IMG/VR virus record: IMGVR_UViG_3300044448_003347
Source: an uncultured virus (IMG/VR IMGVR_UViG_3300044448_003347)
Taxonomy: Duplodnaviria > Heunggongvirae > Uroviricota > Caudoviricetes
DNA length: 20,000 bases
Direction: 5' to 3' (one strand)
Shown here one piece after another: positions 1 to 7,461 of this stretch (positions are counted from its first letter, which is position 1; each line of letters begins with the position of its first letter). Below the pieces are notes generated by a model. It did not search any database. It was not told the DNA's origin and saw only the letters and a list, made by a program, of their open reading frames with translations. The position numbers and the translations under genes are program-made.

Positions 1-1321
1 CGTTTGTCTTAGTTGGGTCTGTGTTTAAAACTTTTCTGATGTAGCTATTGGAACTTCTGTTAAAGTTAACAATTGATTCTTCCAATACTCCGACAGGATT
101 GTCAGCATCAGTCGTAGCAAGAACGCCGCTGTTGTTAATAACCCTAACTTTAAATGAGAAGTTGCCATTACTGTCAAGAGACTTGACCAATGCATTGGAC
201 CCTGTTGCAATTGTTGCTCGGGAGTCATCGCCGCCAGTAATGGTAACAGCAGTCGTAACACCATCGGACACCTTTGAGTTAGCTGCCATTGTGACTGTAG
301 TAGTGTTGCCTACCGAGCCAGAAGCGTCTACAAAGATGGATGCCAAATGAGTAGCTAACTGACCAGCAGTACCAGCGCCATAATCAGTAAGAGAGCCAGT
401 GAAAGCTGTGATACCCTGTACACCACCTGTGCCTGATCCATTACCGCTTGTGGCTGCTGTAACTCTCGCATTGCTTGCGGCATTACCATTGATAGCGTCT
501 CTAACTGCTGCCATAAGTTCGACATCACCTGCCGGGATGGTTGCGGATCCCAAACTATTAACACCAATACCAATTGTATCAACCCCGTCTCCACCTGTCC
601 CATCTGTATCGGCACTAAATTTAATAGTTGTTGTCCCGGCTCCGCCAGCCGCTGAAGGCACACTAAATACAATCGTGTTTGTTGCCGCAACAGACCCGTT
701 TGCTCCACTAAAGTTTAACATGGAAGCAGAGAATGCGGAAGTTGCTGGCTCGCCTTGACCTCTAACTGTACCGGAAAGGATTGGCGCACCATATCTTGTA
801 TAAATAACCGCTGCTAGTGATCCAGTTACTCTCTCTGGTGTCCCGGAAGGACCGAGGGTGCCTGCTGTACCAGAGTTGACCAAGAACAAACCATAAGCTC
901 CTCCACCACCAGATGTGCTGCCGCCGCCGTTGGTTCCACCTTGCGAGGAATCTGCTGCGGTCCAACCTGCCTTAGAGGTATTTGTTCCTGTGTTTCTGTT
1001 GGATTGATCGCCCAAAAGCCTAATGAAAGTTAAAGGAGAGCTGTTTCTTAACCATGCCTGAGCTGCATACGCCGCAAAAGTAGGAGCTTTTGGAACTCCA
1101 CTTCTCCACTGGTCGCTGGCTTCTTGCCCTGCGACTGGATCTCCGAAGAGAGTAACAAACTCCGAAAATGATTGGACTGTAGTTGGTATGAAAGCCGGTC
1201 CACGGCGGGATCTCCCTATGATAACTGGACCAATTGCGTCACTTATAGTTGGCAATTGTGAATTGTCAATTTCATTGATGAATACTCCCGGCGATACAAA
1301 CTTAAAATTTTTCGCTGACAT
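1..1321 (-). CDS. Tail sheath protein (T4 gp18-like), N-terminal part; runs off the window edge
   Basis: Absent from the ORF track because there is no stop in the window. Manual translation from the ATG at 1321: MSAKNFKFVSPGVFINEIDNSQLP...GPVIIGRSRRGPAFIPTTVQSFSEFVTLFGDP...AAYAAQAWLRNSSPLTFIRLLG, the typical sheath N-terminus (SPGVxxxEID, RGP, FxxxFG). The same frame reads YIRKVLNTDPTKTN at the window edge. SD AAAGGAG lies upstream. Confidence 0.93.
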   Translation of the reverse strand, partial: MSAKNFKFVSPGVFINEIDNSQLPTISDAIGPVIIGRSRRGPAFIPTTVQSFSEFVTLFGDPVAGQEASDQWRSGVPKAPTFAAYAAQAWLRNSSPLTFIRLLGDQSNRNTGTNTSKAGWTAADSSQGGTNGGGSTSGGGGAYGLFLVNSGTAGTLGPSGTPERVTGSLAAVIYTRYGAPILSGTVRGQGEPATSAFSASMLNFSGANGSVAATNTIVFSVPSAAGGAGTTTIKFSADTDGTGGDGVDTIGIGVNSLGSATIPAGDVELMAAVRDAINGNAASNARVTAATSGNGSGTGGVQGITAFTGSLTDYGAGTAGQLATHLASIFVDASGSVGNTTTVTMAANSKVSDGVTTAVTITGGDDSRATIATGSNALVKSLDSNGNFSFKVRVINNSGVLATTDADNPVGVLEESIVNFNRSSNSYIRKVLNTDPTKTN

Positions 1322-1374
1322 TAGTGTGTTCTCCTTTAAAACGTCTGATATAGATGACGATATTATTTCTTTAG

Positions 1375-1382
1375 TAAATAGT
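1375..1382 (-). promoter_or_regulatory. Putative late promoter motif ACTATTTA(CTA) upstream of the sheath gene
   Basis: Intergenic, about 53 nt upstream of the sheath ATG. The same motif recurs before gp13, the scaffold and the 889-aa fibre. Confidence 0.65.
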
Positions 1383-1406
1383 GCACCGTTTTATCAAAGT
1401 CCAAAA

Positions 1407-2309
1407 TTATTCTCTGTACTTGTCGTCTACTCCCTTATTTTTATGGTTGTCGTTGCCCACAAGCGGATCGTCCCACAAAGCCCTCTCTCTGGGAATCCTA
1501 AATTGAACTGCATTTTCTCTTATAGAATATGTCGGTGTTGTGCTGTTTTCATCTCCTCCGCAGAAATATCCCAAAACTTCTATATTTACCTTAGTCTCAA
1601 ACCTTCTCTCTTCATTATCCATGGAGGATAAATTGTTGGCTAAGTTGTATGTACCTTGAATAAATGCCTCATATTTATGGCTGTCGCGCTCTACTACAAA
1701 ACTGTTGATTGTTCCCGGTCTAGTAACAAATGGTTGTAGAAGCTGATTCATCTGCTGCTGATATTCGGTTCTTAAGGTAATTTCATAATTAATCACGGAA
1801 TAAACTATGGCAGGTATTGTTATGTATTCATATACAACTTTCTTTGTTGGATTCCTAACAAACCTTGGTCCTTCCCTGCCTCCATATCTTCTATTGGCAT
1901 CGTTATTAGCAAACTCAGATGTCTTTTTCTGATTTATTTGTCTAGCGATCACTAAAGATCCGCCCTTCTCTTTTTGAGATTGTATTGGAAACTGATCTCC
2001 ATAAAAGCGACCTCTTCGATTTAAATCTTTATTTATAGATGTTCTTTCAATTGTTATGGCAGGAAGTATAATTGTACCTTCATTGTCTCTATAGTCTGGG
2101 TTGTTTTTTATTTGGAAGGATCTTTCTGCCGAGGACCAAACAATGGGTACTTTTTCTTGCCCATCTTTTGATGTCACTTTTAAAGATAGTTTATCATTTA
2201 TATAATCATAAATGGCGTAATCAACTGTTTCGATGGTAGATGGAGTAAAATCCAAATCCTGATCATAGTTGTTCCCTTCTTCCTCTGGTATACCTGTATA
2301 ATTTGACAT
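1407..2309 (-). CDS. Probable tail terminator / tail completion protein (T4 gp15-like)
   Basis: 300-aa ORF between the gp14-like gene and the sheath. The VPIVWSSAER...ILPAITIER segment resembles the gp15 VP...LP pattern. Assignment rests mainly on synteny. Confidence 0.6.
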   Translation of the reverse strand: MSNYTGIPEEEGNNYDQDLDFTPSTIETVDYAIYDYINDKLSLKVTSKDGQEKVPIVWSSAERSFQIKNNPDYRDNEGTIILPAITIERTSINKDLNRRGRFYGDQFPIQSQKEKGGSLVIARQINQKKTSEFANNDANRRYGGREGPRFVRNPTKKVVYEYITIPAIVYSVINYEITLRTEYQQQMNQLLQPFVTRPGTINSFVVERDSHKYEAFIQGTYNLANNLSSMDNEERRFETKVNIEVLGYFCGGDENSTTPTYSIRENAVQFRIPRERALWDDPLVGNDNHKNKGVDDKYRE

Positions 2310-2318
2310 TTTTATTTC

Positions 2319-2807
2319 CTACAAAGCGTCGAACGTTCCCTTTCTAGCTCTAACGCAATTTGCCATGATTTCATATTTGTAATCAACTTGTCCAAAAAGT
2401 TGCTTGGGCTCATTTAAATCTAAAATCTCATAATGAAATTTACCGTACAACACAAAATCTCCCTCTCGGACAAACAAATTTTGATCTTCAGTTAATCTCC
2501 TCTTGTGAAAATATATTTTGATTCTCGACCTCTTGTCAACGCCAAGACTTGTTGTTGTTGTCTCTTGCCCCTCCCATCCAATCAAAGCATAAACTCTAAC
2601 AGGTGGCAAAAACGTCTTCTTGATTGATTCACCGTAAAGGGAGTGGAAATTAGTTTTATCTAGACTTATGGGGTAGTAAAGCACAGTTTGACCGATGACG
2701 CGCTCTATGACTTCATCATTGATCTGCTTGACTAAATTTCTCTCTTTCTCCCCAGTAAATAAGGGTGGCGGAGGATTAGTTGGTTGTTCCCATTTGTTGT
2801 CTGCCAT
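2319..2807 (-). CDS. Neck / head closure protein (T4 gp14-like)
   Basis: EVIERVIGQTVLYYP...SLYGES.KKTF...REGDFVLY...YEI parallels gp14 (G..CYYVPR...IFGED..NKF...KEGDLIYF...FEI). It follows the gp13-like gene. Confidence 0.8.
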   Translation of the reverse strand: MADNKWEQPTNPPPPLFTGEKERNLVKQINDEVIERVIGQTVLYYPISLDKTNFHSLYGESIKKTFLPPVRVYALIGWEGQETTTTSLGVDKRSRIKIYFHKRRLTEDQNLFVREGDFVLYGKFHYEILDLNEPKQLFGQVDYKYEIMANCVRARKGTFDAL

Positions 2808-2813
2808 TTATTT

Positions 2814-4106
2814 TTATCCTACATAAAGTGAAGGGGGTACATTCTTTAATACATTCTGTGATGAATCGCTAATGTTGCTGTCTTTTTCTGCTAGCTTTTC
2901 ATAAGTAAGCTCATCAAGCACAGTCTTTAATTCATCTCTTAAAAGGTTTTGCTGTTCTTTAGCCTCAGTTACCAAGGCGGGTCCATTTAAGGTCACACTC
3001 TCATTTGGAATTGGTATTGTAGCGAATTTACTCCTAACCAAGCCCAGCATTTCTTTAGACAATGCTAAAGCGAATCTTCTAATCCACTGCTTTCCTATTG
3101 AGTTAATTCTATCATATGGTATATTTTCAAATGGCAACGTGTTCATGTTGTTGATGCCTGCGGCTCCACCTTCTTTGCCCGCCTCCTCAGTCCATGGATC
3201 AGTATCAACTGAAAACTCAACCCAGAATTTATCTGGTGATGATTCAACGGGGGTTGGAAACAATCTTAATTTATTGTCCTTGATCTCAAATGAATAATGA
3301 GATGCCCTAGTGTATATCGCGTCTTCAAACGCCATTGCCTGTGATTTGTTTTGCCATGTGGGTATCAATTCAAAAGTGGAATCGTCTGAATATTGTCCAT
3401 AATATGATAAGTTACCTACAGTATTTAAGCCTCCGTAGTATCCGTAAAATCTCCACATCGCTTGGGGAGTTTTGTAAAAAACTTTTCTAATTGTCACCCT
3501 CTTATCTCCTAATTTATTGAAGAAAGGAGAAGCGGTGTCAGTTGCAGCAGAACTGGAAATAATGTTTTGCAGGTCGTAATCTTGTTTGTCTACTACGGTA
3601 TCGAAAGAAGCAGAATAGATTGGTGTTGCCCCACCTATCCCTGTTTGAGTTGAGACTGCATCGCCAACTCTCTGTGCGTATTGAAAGTCATACTTTGGAT
3701 ATTTTAATTCCACGGAAGATCCACTTAGGGAATGGGAGCCTGACAGTTGTCCGTCATTATCGAATGAGCCAGTATTGGCACCCAAGACACTACCCAAGAC
3801 ATTCTTGGCTTGATGTATATTGACAAGATAGGAGTATTCAAGGCATGCCTCTTCGTATGCAGCGTATACCTGATACTCGGTAATCTCAATATCGAGAATA
3901 TCGCCGCCCATCTTCTTATAGACGTAAGCAACCTGATCTACTGCTCCAGTTACAAAACCCTGAAGGGCATGATGTGAAGAGGCATGGTCTGTATATACTC
4001 CGTATGGAAGAGGATTTGTGGAGCTATTAACATTATCAACATTGCCAGTTACAGGCAGTCTAGAGACACTCGTTGTGCTTGTTGGTGTTAAAGTTGGGTA
4101 AGCCAT
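2814..4106 (-). CDS. Neck / head-tail adaptor protein (T4 gp13-like)
   Basis: The N-terminal YVYKKMGGDILDIEITEYQV...EACLEY and C-terminal WIRRFALALSKEMLG..RSKF..IP...VTLNG..L..EA...LRDEL match the gp13 pattern. SD AAGGAG. Confidence 0.85.
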   Translation of the reverse strand: MAYPTLTPTSTTSVSRLPVTGNVDNVNSSTNPLPYGVYTDHASSHHALQGFVTGAVDQVAYVYKKMGGDILDIEITEYQVYAAYEEACLEYSYLVNIHQAKNVLGSVLGANTGSFDNDGQLSGSHSLSGSSVELKYPKYDFQYAQRVGDAVSTQTGIGGATPIYSASFDTVVDKQDYDLQNIISSSAATDTASPFFNKLGDKRVTIRKVFYKTPQAMWRFYGYYGGLNTVGNLSYYGQYSDDSTFELIPTWQNKSQAMAFEDAIYTRASHYSFEIKDNKLRLFPTPVESSPDKFWVEFSVDTDPWTEEAGKEGGAAGINNMNTLPFENIPYDRINSIGKQWIRRFALALSKEMLGLVRSKFATIPIPNESVTLNGPALVTEAKEQQNLLRDELKTVLDELTYEKLAEKDSNISDSSQNVLKNVPPSLYVG

Positions 4107-4139
4107 TCATTCATTCTCCTTGGTACAATCGTATCATAG

Positions 4140-4147
4140 TAATTAGT
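4140..4147 (-). promoter_or_regulatory. Putative late promoter motif variant ACTAATTA(CTA) upstream of the gp13-like gene
   Basis: Lies just downstream of the capsid gene terminator and about 33 nt upstream of the gp13 ATG; one mismatch to the other copies. Confidence 0.6.
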
Positions 4148-4173
4148 TGTGGAGTAAACTTAAAGCATAATAG

Positions 4174-4210
4174 AAATAAAAAAGCCCCGCCAAATTAATG
4201 ACGAGGCTTC
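4174..4210 (-). terminator. Rho-independent terminator after the major capsid gene
   Basis: Minus strand AAGCCTCGTCA-TTAATT-TGGCGGGGCTT (11-bp stem with 2 G-U pairs) followed by TTTTATTT, about 25 nt after the MCP stop. Confidence 0.85.
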
Positions 4211-4234
4211 TTGCTTGTTTAGACTCAGCAGGAA

Positions 4235-6007
4235 TTAACCGTTAAGATCTTCACAGATAACAAGACCATACATATCAGGTCTTACCATCTCTTTGGCGTA
4301 ACGGGTCATAACACCCTTACGAGGTACGAAGTCCTCTACACCAAAGATAGTTGGAGTTACTTGGAGTGGGACATATGGGGCGTATACATATCCACTTTCG
4401 AGGAATGATCCACCTTTACGTCCAACAAGAAGAACGTTACGTGGGAAATAAGGATCCACATAAACGTCGAACTTCTTGCTCAAAGATCCAACATTAACTG
4501 CTCCAATAGAACCGTTACCATAATCGTTTCCAATGCTTGCACGGAAGCCAGCAGTGAACTCAAGAATGTTAGCTACTTCTGGTGAACAAACAACAAAGTT
4601 AGCTCCGCCGCGAAGTGTCTTTCTGTGGATTTGAGCCGAAACATCATTAACAGTTTCTGCGAGTGTTTCGTACCACTCGGAAACAGTACCAGTGAAGTCA
4701 GCACCCATCAAGGACTCATTGTCCAAGTTTCCGCCAATTTGTGATCCGTCAGTTCTGTTTAAGAACCTACCCGGACGACGAGACCAGTATTGTGTAGAAG
4801 CAGTAGCACCTTTGATAAGGTCCTCAAGAATCTCACGGTCAATCTCCAGAGCGATCTGCTCAGAAAGAATGCTTGTAAGTTCAACTTCTGCATCAAGGTT
4901 GTGATAAGCATTGAGATCTTGTCCCAATTCTGGTGTCCACTTAGCCTTGAGCTTTTTGGTCTTAGCAGTAACTGCGATAGAGTCAACTTTGATGTCGATC
5001 TCTGGAATGTCAACGCTATTCTCAAGGTCCCACTTAGGCTCACCGACAACAGAGCCAATTGCGCCACCCGCTTTGAACTCATCCGCAAGTGGATAAGTCA
5101 ATGGGAAAGTGTCAGCGACAGCCTTGGCTGCGTTAACAAGCTCAGTGAGCCCCGCAGAAGTTCCCTTAAGGGATCCAGTTGCAGCATAAACAACTCTAAG
5201 CAGCATGCTTGTGTTTGTGCCATCGTACTTATCTCCAGAGGAGCCGGAGTGAAGCTTGGTCAAACGTCGAATTTGGAAACCAACCTCTTCATTGGTACCA
5301 CCAGTGTGGATGAAAGGAAGTGATCCCGAAAATGCTACAAGGTTCAAATAATCCGCTTGGGAGTTATCCCCATTATCCACTAAAGTAACTGGGAAGGAAA
5401 CAATTGCAGAGCCAGAAAGATCTGGGTCAAAGTCAACAGCCTTATCAACGTTGAAGTCTCCGGAGCCAACAATACCAGAAATAAGGGTAGCATCAGCCTT
5501 GGTCCAGTTACCAGAACCAGTTGGGCTAGCATAGCCGTTATTCAAGCTGTAAGGACCTTTTTCAAGGTTTCCATTTCCTCCTCCATCAAGGGAAACACCG
5601 TCGCGAAGACCTTTCGCAACAACTCCACCACCGTAAAGTGATTCATCCTTTGGATATCCAGCCTTTGGAGTATTGGATGTAAAATCCAAGAAGAAAATGA
5701 GTCCCGATGGGAGGCTCATTGGCTGAACGCTTACAAGATCATTGGCGATCAAATTACCGAATACACGGCGAACGATTGGGAATGCAACAGATGCAAAACC
5801 TTCAACATCACCAGCCGCCATGGCTGATGCTTCGCGGAGTAGCTCTTTTGCTTGGTTTTCAAGCAAACGTGCCATTCCGTCTTTTTTCTGGTCACTGTCA
5901 ATGCCCTCAAGAAGTCCGGTCTTTTCCCACTTGTTAAGTAGGGCTGCACCTTCTTTCTGGAGGTCACGATTAACAATGCCTTCTGTTAATTTATCTAAAA
6001 CTGACAT
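4235..6007 (-). CDS. Major capsid protein (T4 gp23-like)
   Basis: gp23 motifs: PIVRRVF..LIANDLVSVQPMSLPSGLIF, IPEIDIKVDSIAVTAKTKKLKAKWTPELGQDL.AYH.LDAE.EL..ILSEQIALEIDREIL, VYVDPY, YAPYVPL, GVMTRY. Likely propeptide cleavage at LLRE|A (residue 59). SD AAAGGAG. Confidence 0.97.
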   Translation of the reverse strand: MSVLDKLTEGIVNRDLQKEGAALLNKWEKTGLLEGIDSDQKKDGMARLLENQAKELLREASAMAAGDVEGFASVAFPIVRRVFGNLIANDLVSVQPMSLPSGLIFFLDFTSNTPKAGYPKDESLYGGGVVAKGLRDGVSLDGGGNGNLEKGPYSLNNGYASPTGSGNWTKADATLISGIVGSGDFNVDKAVDFDPDLSGSAIVSFPVTLVDNGDNSQADYLNLVAFSGSLPFIHTGGTNEEVGFQIRRLTKLHSGSSGDKYDGTNTSMLLRVVYAATGSLKGTSAGLTELVNAAKAVADTFPLTYPLADEFKAGGAIGSVVGEPKWDLENSVDIPEIDIKVDSIAVTAKTKKLKAKWTPELGQDLNAYHNLDAEVELTSILSEQIALEIDREILEDLIKGATASTQYWSRRPGRFLNRTDGSQIGGNLDNESLMGADFTGTVSEWYETLAETVNDVSAQIHRKTLRGGANFVVCSPEVANILEFTAGFRASIGNDYGNGSIGAVNVGSLSKKFDVYVDPYFPRNVLLVGRKGGSFLESGYVYAPYVPLQVTPTIFGVEDFVPRKGVMTRYAKEMVRPDMYGLVICEDLNG

Positions 6008-6028
6008 AGTTTTATTTCTCCTTTAAAG

Positions 6029-7054
6029 TTAGTTTAATCCAGCTAATCTACGCATCCTATCGATACGAGGGTCTGCTGGGTTTTTAGCCTCTTTAGTTTG
6101 TGGTAATAAAGTAGATTTCCTACTAACCGCCTCGCTTAGTGTTTTCGGGGACTCTTTCTTGGTTCCGCTCACCGTGCTTTGAAGGGTTTCAAAGATTACC
6201 TTAGCTTCTTCCACAGACTTAGCATTTGAAATAGCTTCGACAAGTTTTGTTTTTTGTCGCCCATTCAACGAGTCGCTAGTCAATGCTTCGTTTGTGTAAA
6301 GTAGCTTTGCGTTCTGAACTGAGGTTTCGTTCAGAGCATTTTTTAATTTGAGAACAACGTCCTCAATGTGTTTGGTATTAGACTGAAGAGAGGAGAGGCT
6401 TTCTTGCAAATCTTTCTTTTCTTGTTTTAAAGTTTTTACAGATTCTCTAAGCTTTCCGACCTCTTTATCGATTTCGTCAGAGTCGTCCTCTTCGTCCATA
6501 TGAGCATCAAGAGCCTTTGCTTCTTCGTATGCCTCGTGTTTTTGACTATCGGGCATGCCTAAATTGCCAGACTTTACAGGCTCAAAATCAAGTGTTAGCT
6601 TTTCTGCTAGTTTCTCTATCTCTTCCTCGTCTAAATTAATTTCTTCATCTTCAAATAAGTTAGCCAAATCAATCTCGTCTGCTTCTTGCAGCTCCTCTTC
6701 AGGCTTGTCTAGTTCTTCTTCGGCGAAATCATGTCGGTCTGTCATTTCTTCTGGGTCTAATCCATCCTCAGAAGCTAACTCTTGATCAATCATTTGTTCT
6801 AATTCTGCAAAGTCAAGCTCGACTGTTTCTTCCCCAACAGATGATGCATCGGTTACATCTGATGCTGCCATTGGAATATCACTGACCATGCTTGCTTCAT
6901 CCTCATTGATAATCTCTTCTTGACTCAACATGGTATCAACAGCTTCTCTAATTTCTTGAGAATACTTTTCAATAATACTTGACTCTGCGCTTTTAATCGC
7001 GGCTTCTTTAAGCTCTTTAGCATCTACGATTGCTTGATCTAACATTGATGACAT
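6029..7054 (-). CDS. Prohead core scaffold protein (gp22-like)
   Basis: Very acidic, coiled-coil-like 341-aa protein directly upstream of the MCP. Many L/I-x-E sites (gp21-type cleavage pattern) and a C-terminal RMRRLAGLN. SD AGGAG. Confidence 0.75.
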   Translation of the reverse strand: MSSMLDQAIVDAKELKEAAIKSAESSIIEKYSQEIREAVDTMLSQEEIINEDEASMVSDIPMAASDVTDASSVGEETVELDFAELEQMIDQELASEDGLDPEEMTDRHDFAEEELDKPEEELQEADEIDLANLFEDEEINLDEEEIEKLAEKLTLDFEPVKSGNLGMPDSQKHEAYEEAKALDAHMDEEDDSDEIDKEVGKLRESVKTLKQEKKDLQESLSSLQSNTKHIEDVVLKLKNALNETSVQNAKLLYTNEALTSDSLNGRQKTKLVEAISNAKSVEEAKVIFETLQSTVSGTKKESPKTLSEAVSRKSTLLPQTKEAKNPADPRIDRMRRLAGLN

Positions 7055-7102
7055 TATATAATCTCCTAATATTTGGTCGCAAATAGGCGTTTTGCGTCGT
7101 AG

Positions 7103-7110
7103 TAAATAGT
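7103..7110 (-). promoter_or_regulatory. Putative late promoter motif ACTATTTA(CTA) upstream of scaffold-MCP
   Basis: Intergenic, about 48 nt upstream of the scaffold ATG, followed by a small CGCAAA/TTTGCG hairpin. Confidence 0.65.
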
Positions 7111-7149
7111 TCTTTAAAGTTCAAAAATACAAAAAAATAACAACTTAGT

Positions 7150-7404
7150 TCATGAAATCACCAAGTTACCATCTTTATCCCAATAAAGATCGTTATGATC
7201 TTGCAAAAAACCCTCTATTGACATTAGATAAAAATCCATTTCATTTGGTTTTATTTTGCCCGTATTTAATTGATTGTAGCACCACTGAATAAGGGTGTTA
7301 ATGAAAAAGGCTTTGGGGGCGAATATAACATTATTTTCCACACGATAGCTAGGATCATGCTCTTGCAAATATCTTATAATGTCGGTTCGGTCATTGATTT
7401 GCAT
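7150..7404 (-). CDS. Hypothetical protein (about 84 aa, MQINDRTDIIRYL...)
   Basis: Fills the gap between the fibre and scaffold genes. Start moved to the ATG at 7404 because the longer track start runs through a hairpin. No clear SD. Confidence 0.55.
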   Translation of the reverse strand: MQINDRTDIIRYLQEHDPSYRVENNVIFAPKAFFINTLIQWCYNQLNTGKIKPNEMDFYLMSIEGFLQDHNDLYWDKDGNLVIS

Positions 7405-7408
7405 AATA

Positions 7409-7446
7409 GAAAAGGTGAGGGCAGAGACCCGTAGATCCCTGCCCTC
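7409..7446 (-). terminator. Stable hairpin with C(UACG)G tetraloop, probable terminator after the 889-aa fibre gene
   Basis: Minus strand GAGGGCAGGGATC-TACG-GGTCTCTGCCCTC (13-bp stem, 2 G-U pairs) then ACCTTTTCT, about 15 nt after the stop codon. Confidence 0.75.
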
Positions 7447-7461
7447 GGTTATCAAAAAGTA

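Noticed and set aside
799..806. Exact T4 late promoter TATAAATA on the plus strand
   Set aside because: It lies inside the sheath coding sequence (VIYT codons), antisense to all genes, with no credible plus-strand gene downstream.
7405..7455. Longer start for the 101-aa track ORF
   Set aside because: It has a non-ATG start and runs through the 13-bp UACG hairpin; the ATG at 7404 is preferred.
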